In this document: piece by piece, positions 8,184-16,662 of the stretch | Position numbering within the stretch: the stretch's first letter is position 1 | Layout of the letters: each line of letters begins with the position of its first letter | Assembly (NCBI GenBank): GCA_964495695.1 | Contig: CAZBWR010000007.1 | Location: 6,149-70,148, forward strand | Reading direction: 5' to 3' | DNA length: 64,000 nucleotides | Origin: an uncultured Chitinophagales bacterium | Lineage (GTDB): Bacteria; Bacteroidota; Ignavibacteria; UBA10030; UBA6906 | Translations under genes and position numbers: made by a program | Notes under the pieces: generated by a model | What the model saw: the letters and a program-made list of their open reading frames with translations, nothing else | Databases searched by the model: none | Told to the model about the DNA's origin: nothing

Positions 8184-8257
8184 TGTGTGAAGTATCACAC
8201 TACACATCGGTGACATGACAAAACGACCACGACCCCGTCCGTTTCGGTGCAAGCAGC

Positions 8258-9649
8258 TTAGAGTATGTACCGACTCAGGTCCCTGTTTTTGGCGAGACTT
8301 GCAAGCTTTGTTTGCACGATCTCCCGATTGATGACAACTTTCTGCTCGGAGAGTTTCTCAGGGGTGTCAAACAAAATGTCATCAAGTAGAGATGTCATGA
8401 TAGTGTGTAACCTACGTGCGCCTATATTTTCTACATTTTCATTGACCTCACTGGCAATTCTTGCAATCTCGCCAATGCCGTCTTCCGTGAACTCGACTTC
8501 AACGCCTTCCGTGGCCAGAAGCGCAGCGTATTGTTTGATGAGGGCGTTTTGGGGGGTAGTCAGAATCTTGATAAAATCCTGCTCGTTGAGGCTGTTTAAT
8601 TCAACCCGGATGGGAAAGCGTCCCTGCAACTCGGGAATCAGATCGGAAGGCTTTGCAACATGAAATGCTCCTGATGCAATAAAGAGGATGTGGTCGGTTC
8701 TGACCATTCCGTATTTGGTGGTTACGTTCGAACCTTCGACAATGGGGAGGAGGTCGCGTTGCACTCCTTCCCGGGATACATCCGGGCCTTGCGATGATTT
8801 AGACCCGGCAATCTTGTCGATCTCATCCAAGAACACGATCCCCGAATTTTCCACCCTGTTGAGCGCTTCCTTTATGGCTGCATCGTGATCGATTAGTTTC
8901 TTGGCCTCTTCGTTTGTAAGAATGACCCGGGCTTCTGCCACGGTCATTCTACGCTTCTTCATCTTCTTCGGCATCAACCCGCCGAAGATTTCCTGCAGAT
9001 TGATGCCCATGTCGTCGAGATTCATCGGGCCGATGACCTGCATCGAGGGGGCATCGCTGGCAGGTACATCCAATTCGATCATTCGGTCTTCCAGCTTTCC
9101 ATCACGGAGTTTTTGACGGAACTTCTCCCGCGTGTTTGAGGCCTCATCTTGCTCGTCGGCAGCAGGAAGCGGTTCACCGACTTCTGCTTGCTGCCTTTTA
9201 CGCTGGGGAGGAATGAGGATGTCGAGGATCCGCTCTTCGCTCATGACTTTGGCTTTGTCGTTGACCTGAGCTCTCTTTTCAGCCTTGACCATATTGACGG
9301 CATACTCGGTGAGGTCGCGAATAATAGATTCAACATCGCGTCCTACATAGCCAACTTCGGTGAATTTCGAGGCTTCGACTTTGATAAATGGCGCGTTCGC
9401 AAGACGCGCAAGACGCCGCGCAATCTCCGTCTTCCCGACGCCTGTGGGGCCGATCATGATGATGTTGTTCGGCATGATTTCTTCACGGAGAGGAGAGGGA
9501 ACCTGCAGCCGCCTCCACCGGTTGCGGAGCGCTATTGCAACTGAGCGTTTCGCGCTGTTCTGTCCGATGATGTAGGCATCCAACTCCCGCACAATTTGAC
9601 GTGGAGTGAGTTCCCTGATGTCATCCGCCTGATGGCTGTTGTTGTTCAC
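8258..9649 (-). CDS. hslU: ATP-dependent protease ATPase subunit HslU
   Basis: 463 aa with Walker [18 protein letters not shown], the [10 protein letters not shown] box and the typical HslU N- and C-termini. It overlaps hslV by 4 nt. Confidence 0.95.
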   Translation of the reverse strand: MNNNSHQADDIRELTPRQIVRELDAYIIGQNSAKRSVAIALRNRWRRLQVPSPLREEIMPNNIIMIGPTGVGKTEIARRLARLANAPFIKVEASKFTEVGYVGRDVESIIRDLTEYAVNMVKAEKRAQVNDKAKVMSEERILDILIPPQRKRQQAEVGEPLPAADEQDEASNTREKFRQKLRDGKLEDRMIELDVPASDAPSMQVIGPMNLDDMGINLQEIFGGLMPKKMKKRRMTVAEARVILTNEEAKKLIDHDAAIKEALNRVENSGIVFLDEIDKIAGSKSSQGPDVSREGVQRDLLPIVEGSNVTTKYGMVRTDHILFIASGAFHVAKPSDLIPELQGRFPIRVELNSLNEQDFIKILTTPQNALIKQYAALLATEGVEVEFTEDGIGEIARIASEVNENVENIGARRLHTIMTSLLDDILFDTPEKLSEQKVVINREIVQTKLASLAKNRDLSRYIL

Positions 9650-10182
9650 AATTCTTCTATCGTCAAATTCCGGTTTGTGTAGATGCAGATATCACCCGCT
9701 GTCAGAAGGGATTCTTCGACGATTTCCCGGGCCTGCAGATTCGTGTGCTTGACAAGCATGCGTGCGGCGGCAAGGGCGAAACTTCCCCCGGATCCGATTG
9801 CAATGATGCCGTCATCAGGCTCAATCAACTCACCGTTGCCTGAGATAACCAGGGCCTTCTCGCTGTTCAGAACGGCAAGGAGTGCTTCAAGGTTGCGCAG
9901 ATACTTGTCCGTGCGCCACTCCCGGGCAAGCTCGACCGCCGAGCGCTCAAGGTTTCCCCTGTACTTGTCGAGATAATCCTCAAATTTTGTGAAGAGCGTA
10001 AAGGCATCCGCCGCTGCTCCTGCAAATCCGGCAAGGACCGTGTCATTGTATAGTTTCCGTACCTTGCGTGCACCCTGCTTCATTACGGCATTACCGACCG
10101 TCACCTGTCCATCGGAGCCGATGACGGTTTTTCCGTTGAAGGTAAGGCCAAGAACGGTTGTCGCGCGGATAATTGTGGACAT
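9646..10182 (-). CDS. hslV: ATP-dependent protease subunit HslV
   Basis: 178 aa. The N-terminal Thr nucleophile context is [21 protein letters not shown], and [12 protein letters not shown] is present. Confidence 0.95.
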   Translation of the reverse strand: MSTIIRATTVLGLTFNGKTVIGSDGQVTVGNAVMKQGARKVRKLYNDTVLAGFAGAAADAFTLFTKFEDYLDKYRGNLERSAVELAREWRTDKYLRNLEALLAVLNSEKALVISGNGELIEPDDGIIAIGSGGSFALAAARMLVKHTNLQAREIVEESLLTAGDICIYTNRNLTIEEL

Positions 10183-10209
10183 GAGGATTCGGGTGATGTT
10201 TGGGAAAAA

Positions 10210-11670
10210 CTACGTGAGTCTGCGGCGCAAACGTGCCACGGGAATCAGCATTGCCTCGCGATATTTTGCAACAGTTCTGCGCGCGATGTTCAACCCCTGT
10301 TCGTTGAGCAGTTTTGCGAGTTTGTCGTCGCTCAACGGTTTCAGCGGATCCTCGGCATCAATAAGCTCTTTCAGCTTTTTCTTTACTTCCTTGTTCGATA
10401 CTTCGTCGCCGTCGGAGGTGCTTATGGAGTCACTGAAGAAATAGCGGAGCGAGAAAACTCCGTAATCTGTCTGTACGAATTTGCTGTTGACTACGCGGCT
10501 GATCGTCGAAATATCCATCTGGATGACTTCGGCGATGTCCTTGTAGATCATCGGTTTAAGGCCTTCGCCGGTCTCGAAAAATTCCCGCTGTTTATCGACG
10601 ATTGCACGCATCACCTTGAGCATCGTCTCACGCCGCTGATGAATGGAACTTATAAACCACTTTGCCGCCTCGAAGCGTTGGCGGATGAAATCTTTTGCCT
10701 CCGTTGGAACGCCGTCTTTTTTACGCTTCGACATCAGTTCTTTGTACTGCTTGTTGATGCGCAGCGGGGGAATGTTCCTGTCGTTGAGGGATATGACAAA
10801 CTCATCGTCTGACTGTGAGACGATGAAGTCAGGGATGACGTAGTTTTCGTGCGGAGTGAATTCCCCCTCGCCCGGCTTGGGGTTGAGATGCTGGATGATG
10901 TCCAGAACCCGTTTCAAATCGTCGAGGGAAATCTCAAGCTTCTTTGCCAGCTCCTCGAAATGACGCATCGTAAAGTCTTCGTAGAATTCTTTCAGCACCC
11001 TCAGCGTCGTGACCTTGAGGAAATGGTCATCCATTTGTCTGGTTTCGACCTGGACGATGAGGCACTCCTGCAGTGATCTGCTTCCGACACCTACCGGGTC
11101 GAGGCGCTGAATCTTGTGCAGCACGCCTTCGGCCTTAGTCAAATCGATGTTTGTGCCATGCGAAAGGTTCAAATCCTGCACAATCGAGGCGAGGTCACGG
11201 CGCAGGTAACCATCCTCATCCACATTCCCGATAATTTCAGGGCCGACGAGGATTTCTTCATCATCAAGGTCAAGAAGATTGAATTGCTCAAGCAAGTGAT
11301 GGTAGAGCGGCACGGTGTCCGCCATCGGCATCTCTTCCTTCTCCTCGTTGTCGAACGACTCGGGGGCCTTGTACCCTGTATACTCATCCTTGATGAAATC
11401 ATCGATCGAGTATTCCTCATCGGCCTTGGAGGCCTCTTCAGTCCGGTCGGCTGTTGCTTCGGCGGCGACTTCTTCCTTTTCAGGTTCCTGTTGTTGCTCG
11501 GCGAGCTCGAGTTCATCCTCGATTCCCTCTTCCAGAAGGGGATTCATCTCCAACTCCGCTTTGATCTTCTGCTCAAGAGCGAGTGTCGGGAGCTGCAGCA
11601 TCTTCAGGTACTGGACCTGTTGAGGCGACAGCTTCATCATCATTTTATGTTGGAGTGAGAGGTTCAGCAT
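10210..11670 (-). CDS. rpoN: RNA polymerase sigma-54 factor RpoN
   Basis: 486 aa with region I MLNLSLQHKMMMKLSPQQVQYLKMLQLP, an acidic region II and the C-terminal RpoN box ARRTVAKYREAMLIP. Confidence 0.95.
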   Translation of the reverse strand: MLNLSLQHKMMMKLSPQQVQYLKMLQLPTLALEQKIKAELEMNPLLEEGIEDELELAEQQQEPEKEEVAAEATADRTEEASKADEEYSIDDFIKDEYTGYKAPESFDNEEKEEMPMADTVPLYHHLLEQFNLLDLDDEEILVGPEIIGNVDEDGYLRRDLASIVQDLNLSHGTNIDLTKAEGVLHKIQRLDPVGVGSRSLQECLIVQVETRQMDDHFLKVTTLRVLKEFYEDFTMRHFEELAKKLEISLDDLKRVLDIIQHLNPKPGEGEFTPHENYVIPDFIVSQSDDEFVISLNDRNIPPLRINKQYKELMSKRKKDGVPTEAKDFIRQRFEAAKWFISSIHQRRETMLKVMRAIVDKQREFFETGEGLKPMIYKDIAEVIQMDISTISRVVNSKFVQTDYGVFSLRYFFSDSISTSDGDEVSNKEVKKKLKELIDAEDPLKPLSDDKLAKLLNEQGLNIARRTVAKYREAMLIPVARLRRRLT

Positions 11671-12263
11671 TACTCGTTTCGTTTGCTACGTTCTTGTGAG
11701 GTTTCCGATTGTGTCTGACAATAGTGTTTGAATTGTTCGTACCAACTCTGTCCGTATTTGCGAATCAGCGGCTCGCGCAGGAAGTCATACAGCTTCACCT
11801 CGTGTATCCGGCCGCGTGTCCTCCCGGCTTCGCACACGTTGATCTGTTCGTACCGGATGACATCTTTCCCGAAGTGGCGTATCCTGATGGGGAAGAGATG
11901 GCAGGAGATCGGCTTGCGCCAGTCACTTTCGCCGTTAAGGAATGCCGTCTCAAAACTGCACTTAGCGATCCCGTTATCATAATGAACAAAGACGCAATCA
12001 CGTCCCTCGATGCATCGCGTTGCCGGATCGTCCGCAGAACCGTCAACGGGTCCGTCCTGCTCTATGATCTTGATGCTGCGTTCGTCGAGGTACTTCTTAA
12101 CGAGAGGGTAGGCTTTGTGAATTTCGAGGACTTCGTTGTTTTCCAGCGGCGCCCCTCGCCCGCCCTCCAGTGTACAACATGCGCCCTTGCATTGATCAAG
12201 ATCGCAGCAAAACGACGCCTGTTTCACGTCATCGTCAATGACGGCCTCACCGATTATGAACAT
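11670..12263 (-). CDS. DUF3109 family Cys-rich protein
   Basis: 197 aa. The N-terminal FCCDLDQCKGACCTLEGGRGAPL motif matches the DUF3109 family as I remember it. Confidence 0.65.
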   Translation of the reverse strand: MFIIGEAVIDDDVKQASFCCDLDQCKGACCTLEGGRGAPLENNEVLEIHKAYPLVKKYLDERSIKIIEQDGPVDGSADDPATRCIEGRDCVFVHYDNGIAKCSFETAFLNGESDWRKPISCHLFPIRIRHFGKDVIRYEQINVCEAGRTRGRIHEVKLYDFLREPLIRKYGQSWYEQFKHYCQTQSETSQERSKRNE

Positions 12264-12378
12264 TGGATCCCCCGACCGTCATGATTACCGGAGACAAGGT
12301 ACAGATTTTTGATGTGAGAGAAAAGAAGTTTCACGGCATGCGCCGGAATATGTGCGCTGCATCAGTACCCGATATAGC

Positions 12379-13506
12379 TTATGAGATTCTAAGGAACATC
12401 TTACCCGGGTTTTGTTTCACCAATCCTTTAAACTCGAGAGAGAGGAGATGCACGAGAGCGTCACCGGTTGTGAACCCCGCCTGCTCGGCAAGCGCGTCGA
12501 TGTGCATCGGCCCGCCGCCCAGGGTTTCGAACAACTTCTGTTCGAACGCGGAAAGCTGAACCTGCGGTGCGGCTTGCTGCGGGGAAGCGGCGGAAATAAT
12601 GCCTCTCAGTTGCGGCGCGAGAATCTCAATGATGTCTTCTACCGACTCCACCAGCGACGCTTTACGCTGCTTGATCAGCAGATTCGTGCCGCTTCTTCGC
12701 TTACTGTTCACGTGCGAAGGAATGGCGAAGACCTCCCGGTTTTGGTCAAATGCAAGGGATGCTGTGATCATTGCACCCCCTTCTATACCCGTCTCGATAA
12801 CGACTGTACCGAGTGTCATTCCGCTGATAATGCGGTTGCGACGGGGAAAATTGGAGGCATCTGGTTTCGCTCCCATCAGGAACTCCGAAAGTACTCCGCC
12901 GTTTTGTTCAATCTTTGCCGCCAGTCCCTTGTTCTCGGGTGGGTAGATCACATCAACTCCCGAACCAACAACAGCAATGGTCCTGCCTCCCGTTTTCACG
13001 GTTGCTGCATGCACTGTTGTGTCTATGCCGCGTGCCAAGCCGCTTACCACCGTGATCCCGAAACCGGCCAGGCCGGAAGCGAGGCGCTCTGCCATCTGTT
13101 CGCCATAAGGACTCATCGTGCGGGTGCCGACGAGTGCGATTGAATAGGAATCCTCCGGCTCAAGAGTTCCTTTGAGGAACAGAAATGCGGGAGGGTCATA
13201 AATATTCTTGAGGTTCTGCGGGAAATCCTTGTCCCAATATGTGACCATGCGGGCCCGATGCTTCTCGAGTTTTGCCATCTGCTCGCTGACAAAACGCGAC
13301 GCTTGATCAAGCCCGGAATCCCGGATGTGATTGACAATGTTGAGCGCCGTTTTCTTCTCGATGCCTTGAGCCTGAATGAGCTCTTTGGGGGTGGCGGCAA
13401 GAACTGCACGCGTATCGCGGAAATGGGCTATCAAATTGATCAACCGCTGCGAGCCGATGCCCGGAAGAGTGGTGAGGGTGAGCAATTCGCGCGGATCGAT
13501 ATGCAT
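12379..13506 (-). CDS. dprA: DNA-processing protein DprA (Smf)
   Basis: 375 aa with an N-terminal SAM-like LPGIGSQRL, a Rossmann-like core SGLARGIDTTVHAAT...VVGSGVDVIYPPEN and a C-terminal winged-helix-like tail. Confidence 0.9.
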   Translation of the reverse strand: MHIDPRELLTLTTLPGIGSQRLINLIAHFRDTRAVLAATPKELIQAQGIEKKTALNIVNHIRDSGLDQASRFVSEQMAKLEKHRARMVTYWDKDFPQNLKNIYDPPAFLFLKGTLEPEDSYSIALVGTRTMSPYGEQMAERLASGLAGFGITVVSGLARGIDTTVHAATVKTGGRTIAVVGSGVDVIYPPENKGLAAKIEQNGGVLSEFLMGAKPDASNFPRRNRIISGMTLGTVVIETGIEGGAMITASLAFDQNREVFAIPSHVNSKRRSGTNLLIKQRKASLVESVEDIIEILAPQLRGIISAASPQQAAPQVQLSAFEQKLFETLGGGPMHIDALAEQAGFTTGDALVHLLSLEFKGLVKQNPGKMFLRIS

Positions 13507-13511
13507 TGTGC

Positions 13512-13784
13512 CTACTCCACAACCTCCAACCCGTCCACAACGGCAACAACAATGCTGTGTACGGGAACATTCGTACTCTTCAGAATCTGCGCGGCAGCCT
13601 GGCCTTCCTGGACTACCAACACTGTGTCACCCAGACCGGCATCAACACTGTCAAGGGCGAGAAAATCCCGTCCCAACCCCTTGCCGTCAAGCGTTACGGG
13701 CTGCACGAGCAGTATTTTCTTGTCGTTGAGCTGCTCTTTCTTTTGAGTCGCGACAATTGTGCCGGTTACTTTGCAGAGTATCAT
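13512..13784 (-). CDS. EutN/CcmL family bacterial microcompartment vertex (BMC-P) protein, orphan
   Basis: 90 aa: MILCKVTGTIVATQKKEQL...LLVQPV...ALDSVDAGLGDTVLVVQEG...AVVD. It is colinear with EutN/CcmL (MKLAVVTGQIVCT...AIDNIGAGTGEWVLL...GIVD). Its ATG overlaps the upstream stop (ATGA), and dprA starts 5 nt after its stop. Confidence 0.8.
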   Translation of the reverse strand: MILCKVTGTIVATQKKEQLNDKKILLVQPVTLDGKGLGRDFLALDSVDAGLGDTVLVVQEGQAAAQILKSTNVPVHSIVVAVVDGLEVVE

Positions 13785-14239
13785 GTTTCGCTATCCGAGT
13801 TGTTTCGTGCTTCGAGTTCATCCCGCAAGTCTTGCCCGGGATGTTTCGGTTGCATAAAGTACCACCAGTGATGAGACCGGTTCCATTTGTGTTCGCGTGC
13901 AGCCGGCTCTCCCCAAAGGCATTCGCGTGCAGGCTCCAGGAGAGTCCTCATCATGGCGTCCATCCGTTCAAGTTTCCGGAGTAGTGCTTTGTCGGATGGG
14001 GTGGAGGCAAGGTCCTGTATCTCGTCGATAAGTTGACGGGCATCCATATCGTTCAGGTAATCGTCGAAAGTAAGGTCGTACCCGTGTGATACTTCCGTTA
14101 CGATGATTTCCCAGGTCTCAACCAATCCTCGTAATCCCCCCTTAACGACATGGTCGGGGGCTCCCTTCTGCATCAGGTATTCACGTATGCGGTCGTTACC
14201 GGCGGTTCGCTTGTCTGTGGAAGTAGGCCTCGCCATCAT
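13781..14239 (-). CDS. hypothetical cytoplasmic protein (start uncertain: 14239, 14236 or 14173)
   Basis: This is the C-terminal part of the 229-aa ORF-track entry. The long form would overlap the better-supported 14196..14636 gene by 275 nt. The sequence REYLMQKGAPDHVVKGGLRGLVETWEIIV...DDYLNDMDARQLIDEI has no signal peptide. Its stop overlaps the eutN-like ATG. Confidence 0.5.
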   Translation of the reverse strand: MMARPTSTDKRTAGNDRIREYLMQKGAPDHVVKGGLRGLVETWEIIVTEVSHGYDLTFDDYLNDMDARQLIDEIQDLASTPSDKALLRKLERMDAMMRTLLEPARECLWGEPAAREHKWNRSHHWWYFMQPKHPGQDLRDELEARNNSDSET

Positions 14240-14636
14240 TTGGTTTGAAGTAAGTTCTGATTGTTTTGTCCTTATTGAAGGCAATAAATGCCTTTCTACT
14301 CCGTTCATAGCGGGTGACAACACCATCGGCTCGAACGAACTCCAGAATGTCCCCTCCGGCCTTTGCGTCCCGAAGCGACCTCGCCTGTCGAAGATATTCT
14401 TCTTGCGAAATGTTTCCAAATTCGTGGCCATGTTTCTCGTAATGTTGAACCAACTTTCTGTACGATGCAAACCCCGGACTCTCGTCCCTTAAGTCATCGC
14501 TTCTCTCTTCCTGTGTGGAAATGGACGGGTACCGGGTCTCCTCGCTGCTTTCCTGCTTATTCAGGAAAAAAGTCCCGAGCGCAAGCAGCAGAAGCACCAG
14601 CGCTGATATTGCCCCGGATTTCATTCTAGGTGTCAT
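14196..14636 (-). CDS. hypothetical membrane-anchored/secreted small protein
   Basis: 146 aa with an N-terminal hydrophobic anchor AISALVLLLLALGTFFL. The C-terminal approximately 100-aa domain carries HYEKHGHEFG...EEYLRQARSL...DGVVTRY...IRTYFKPNDGEAYF. I could not place it in a family with certainty. Confidence 0.6.
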   Translation of the reverse strand: MTPRMKSGAISALVLLLLALGTFFLNKQESSEETRYPSISTQEERSDDLRDESPGFASYRKLVQHYEKHGHEFGNISQEEYLRQARSLRDAKAGGDILEFVRADGVVTRYERSRKAFIAFNKDKTIRTYFKPNDGEAYFHRQANRR

Positions 14637-14648
14637 CGGAATCCCGGA

Positions 14649-15164
14649 TTATGCCTGAGCCTTAACAAAACGCGCTGTCGCTATGATGGCGCCAAGATGG
14701 CGTTGCGCGTGTTCGGCAGCATGAAACAACAGCCCGATGCATGTGGATGGCAAGCCTGCGCGTCCGACCTTCCGTTCTTCGAACAAGGTTGATGGATCAA
14801 AAGTCCGAAGCTGATTCTGTGCGGTTTGAATTTCTTCCACTGCAGCTGCAACAAGCGTCTCGACAGAATCGTGAGATTCATCCTTTTCAGTCCTCAGTCT
14901 CGCCGTTTGCTGTTCATTGAGGGTTTCGCCACGAGCATATGTGAAGAGCCGGTCGAGACTCCCAGCCAGATGTTTGATATGAAATCCTATAGACGCAACG
15001 CCTCCGGGTTTCTGCTGAAGATCCTGAACCGTGAGTCCACGGATAACGGCAGGCAGATCCTCCATTATCTGTTGAAGGCTGTGAGCCACAGGCATTAATT
15101 CCCTTGGAACACCATCAATTGGACCCCTCAGCCAAGGCTCTCTATCCGGAATTCGAGTCGTCAC
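14649..15164 (-). CDS. DinB family (DinB_2-like) metal-dependent protein
   Basis: 171 aa. The His triad context is HSLQQI, HIKHLAGSLDRL and HAAEHAQRHLG, as in DinB-fold four-helix proteins. Confidence 0.7.
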   Translation of the reverse strand: MTTRIPDREPWLRGPIDGVPRELMPVAHSLQQIMEDLPAVIRGLTVQDLQQKPGGVASIGFHIKHLAGSLDRLFTYARGETLNEQQTARLRTEKDESHDSVETLVAAAVEEIQTAQNQLRTFDPSTLFEERKVGRAGLPSTCIGLLFHAAEHAQRHLGAIIATARFVKAQA

Positions 15165-16546
15165 GATTGGCCGATGATCTTAGAGAATTCGGCAACTACT
15201 TCGCGGGCCCGTTCCATAGTAGCAGCTTCGGCTATGACGCGTACAATCGGCTCGGTGTTGGATTTCCGTAGATGTACCCAGTACTCCGGAAACTCAATAC
15301 GAAGCCCGTCATCTGTGTTGAATGAGGCATTCGCCGGCAAGTCCGATTGGATGCGTTGCAACGCCGCATCCGGTGAGATGGTCCCCAGCTCTATTTTGCC
15401 CTTGACGATTTGATACTGGGGAAGGCTGGCTTTGAGTTCAGACACGCTGCCGTTGAATTCTGATACAAGCTGAAGGATAAGGGCAATTCCGACAATTGCA
15501 TCCCGTCCAGTATGCACAGCGGGGAGGATAACGCCCCCGCTCCCCTCGCCGCCGATGATGGACCCGATATTCTTCATCCGCTTGGCGACATTGATTTCGC
15601 CAACCGGGGTTCTGTGCACCGCCGCGCCGTATTGGCGTGCGATGTCGTCGACCGCCCGTGTTGTCGAAAGGTTGACGACAACGGACTTCGTGAACGTGTG
15701 CCCGAGTTGTTTCTCTTTTTCAAGTACAAACTTAACCGCCGAGGCTATTGTGTATTCTTCACCGAAGGGTTCGCCTTTTTCTGTGATCAAGACGAGCCTG
15801 TCAACATCCGGATCAACGGCAATGCCGATGTCGGCTTTCTCTTTCCGGACCCGAGTGCAGAGGTCTGTCAGGTTCTCCGGAACCGGTTCAGGCGTATGGG
15901 CAAAGATACCGCTGACATCGCAATTCATTTCCACTACCTCGCATCCCAGCGACTTCAGGAGCCTCGGTACTATGAGCCCGCCTGCCGAGTTGACGGCGTC
16001 GAGGACGACACGGAGTTTCTTCTTTCTAATTGCCTCAATATTGAGATAAGGAAGGGCGAGGACAGCGTCGATGTGCTTTTGCAGCCACGAATCATCTGCG
16101 GTGTGCTTCCCAATATTTTCCCACGAAGCAAAGGAGACGTGCCCGGCATCGGCAATGCTCCAGACTTCGGCATTCTCAGCAGCGTCCAAAAATAACCCGG
16201 TGGTTGCAAAGAACTTCAGTCCGTTCCACTCCATCGGGTTATGGCTTGCCGTAACGGAAATGCCGCCTGTGGCACCGAGCTTCTCGATTGCAAGCGCGAC
16301 TGTAGGTGTCGGGCAGATCCCAATTGCTCGAACGTTTACCCCGGTGGAGAGAAGGGTCGAGGAGACAATATTTGCAATGATCTTTCCCGTTATTCTCCCA
16401 TCCCGACCCAACAACACTTCCGGGGAATCCGGATTGATGCGTTTGCAGTATTCGCCAAATGCTGCAGCGTATTTGACGATTGTGTGAGGCGTGAGGCTTT
16501 CTCCGACAATACCGCGGATGCCGGAAATGCTGACCATCAAGGACAT
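15161..16546 (-). CDS. glmM: phosphoglucosamine mutase / phosphohexomutase
   Basis: The active-site loop TASHNPMEWNGLKF, the Mg site AVDPDVDR and GGEGSGG are present. I prefer the start at MSLMVSISGIRGIVG (16546) over the TTG-initiated 490-aa ORF-track form, because the family N-terminus is xxSISGIRG. Confidence 0.85.
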   Translation of the reverse strand: MSLMVSISGIRGIVGESLTPHTIVKYAAAFGEYCKRINPDSPEVLLGRDGRITGKIIANIVSSTLLSTGVNVRAIGICPTPTVALAIEKLGATGGISVTASHNPMEWNGLKFFATTGLFLDAAENAEVWSIADAGHVSFASWENIGKHTADDSWLQKHIDAVLALPYLNIEAIRKKKLRVVLDAVNSAGGLIVPRLLKSLGCEVVEMNCDVSGIFAHTPEPVPENLTDLCTRVRKEKADIGIAVDPDVDRLVLITEKGEPFGEEYTIASAVKFVLEKEKQLGHTFTKSVVVNLSTTRAVDDIARQYGAAVHRTPVGEINVAKRMKNIGSIIGGEGSGGVILPAVHTGRDAIVGIALILQLVSEFNGSVSELKASLPQYQIVKGKIELGTISPDAALQRIQSDLPANASFNTDDGLRIEFPEYWVHLRKSNTEPIVRVIAEAATMERAREVVAEFSKIIGQS

Positions 16547-16662
16547 AAGGACACTCATGAAGTAGTGAACAGAGAGATGCGGAAGTCTGCCAACATCAAA
16601 GGTCAATTTAGGGATACCATCATCCAGAAGCAACGAACGGGAGACTGAGCGGGCATCGTTTC

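Noticed and set aside
14240-14470. N-terminal 77 codons of the 229-aa ORF 13781..14470
   Set aside because: This extension would overlap the orf146 gene, which has a signal anchor and a compact domain, by 275 nt in another frame. An internal ATG start is more plausible.
16547-16633. N-terminal extensions of ORF-track entries: glmM here, and also pdxA 34130..34225, korB 39168..39203, rpsF 42372..42440, rpmB 59101..59151 and bioY 48812..48868
   Set aside because: The family-typical N-termini begin at internal ATGs. The extensions overlap upstream genes or lack an SD, whereas rpsF has AGGGAGG before the internal ATG.
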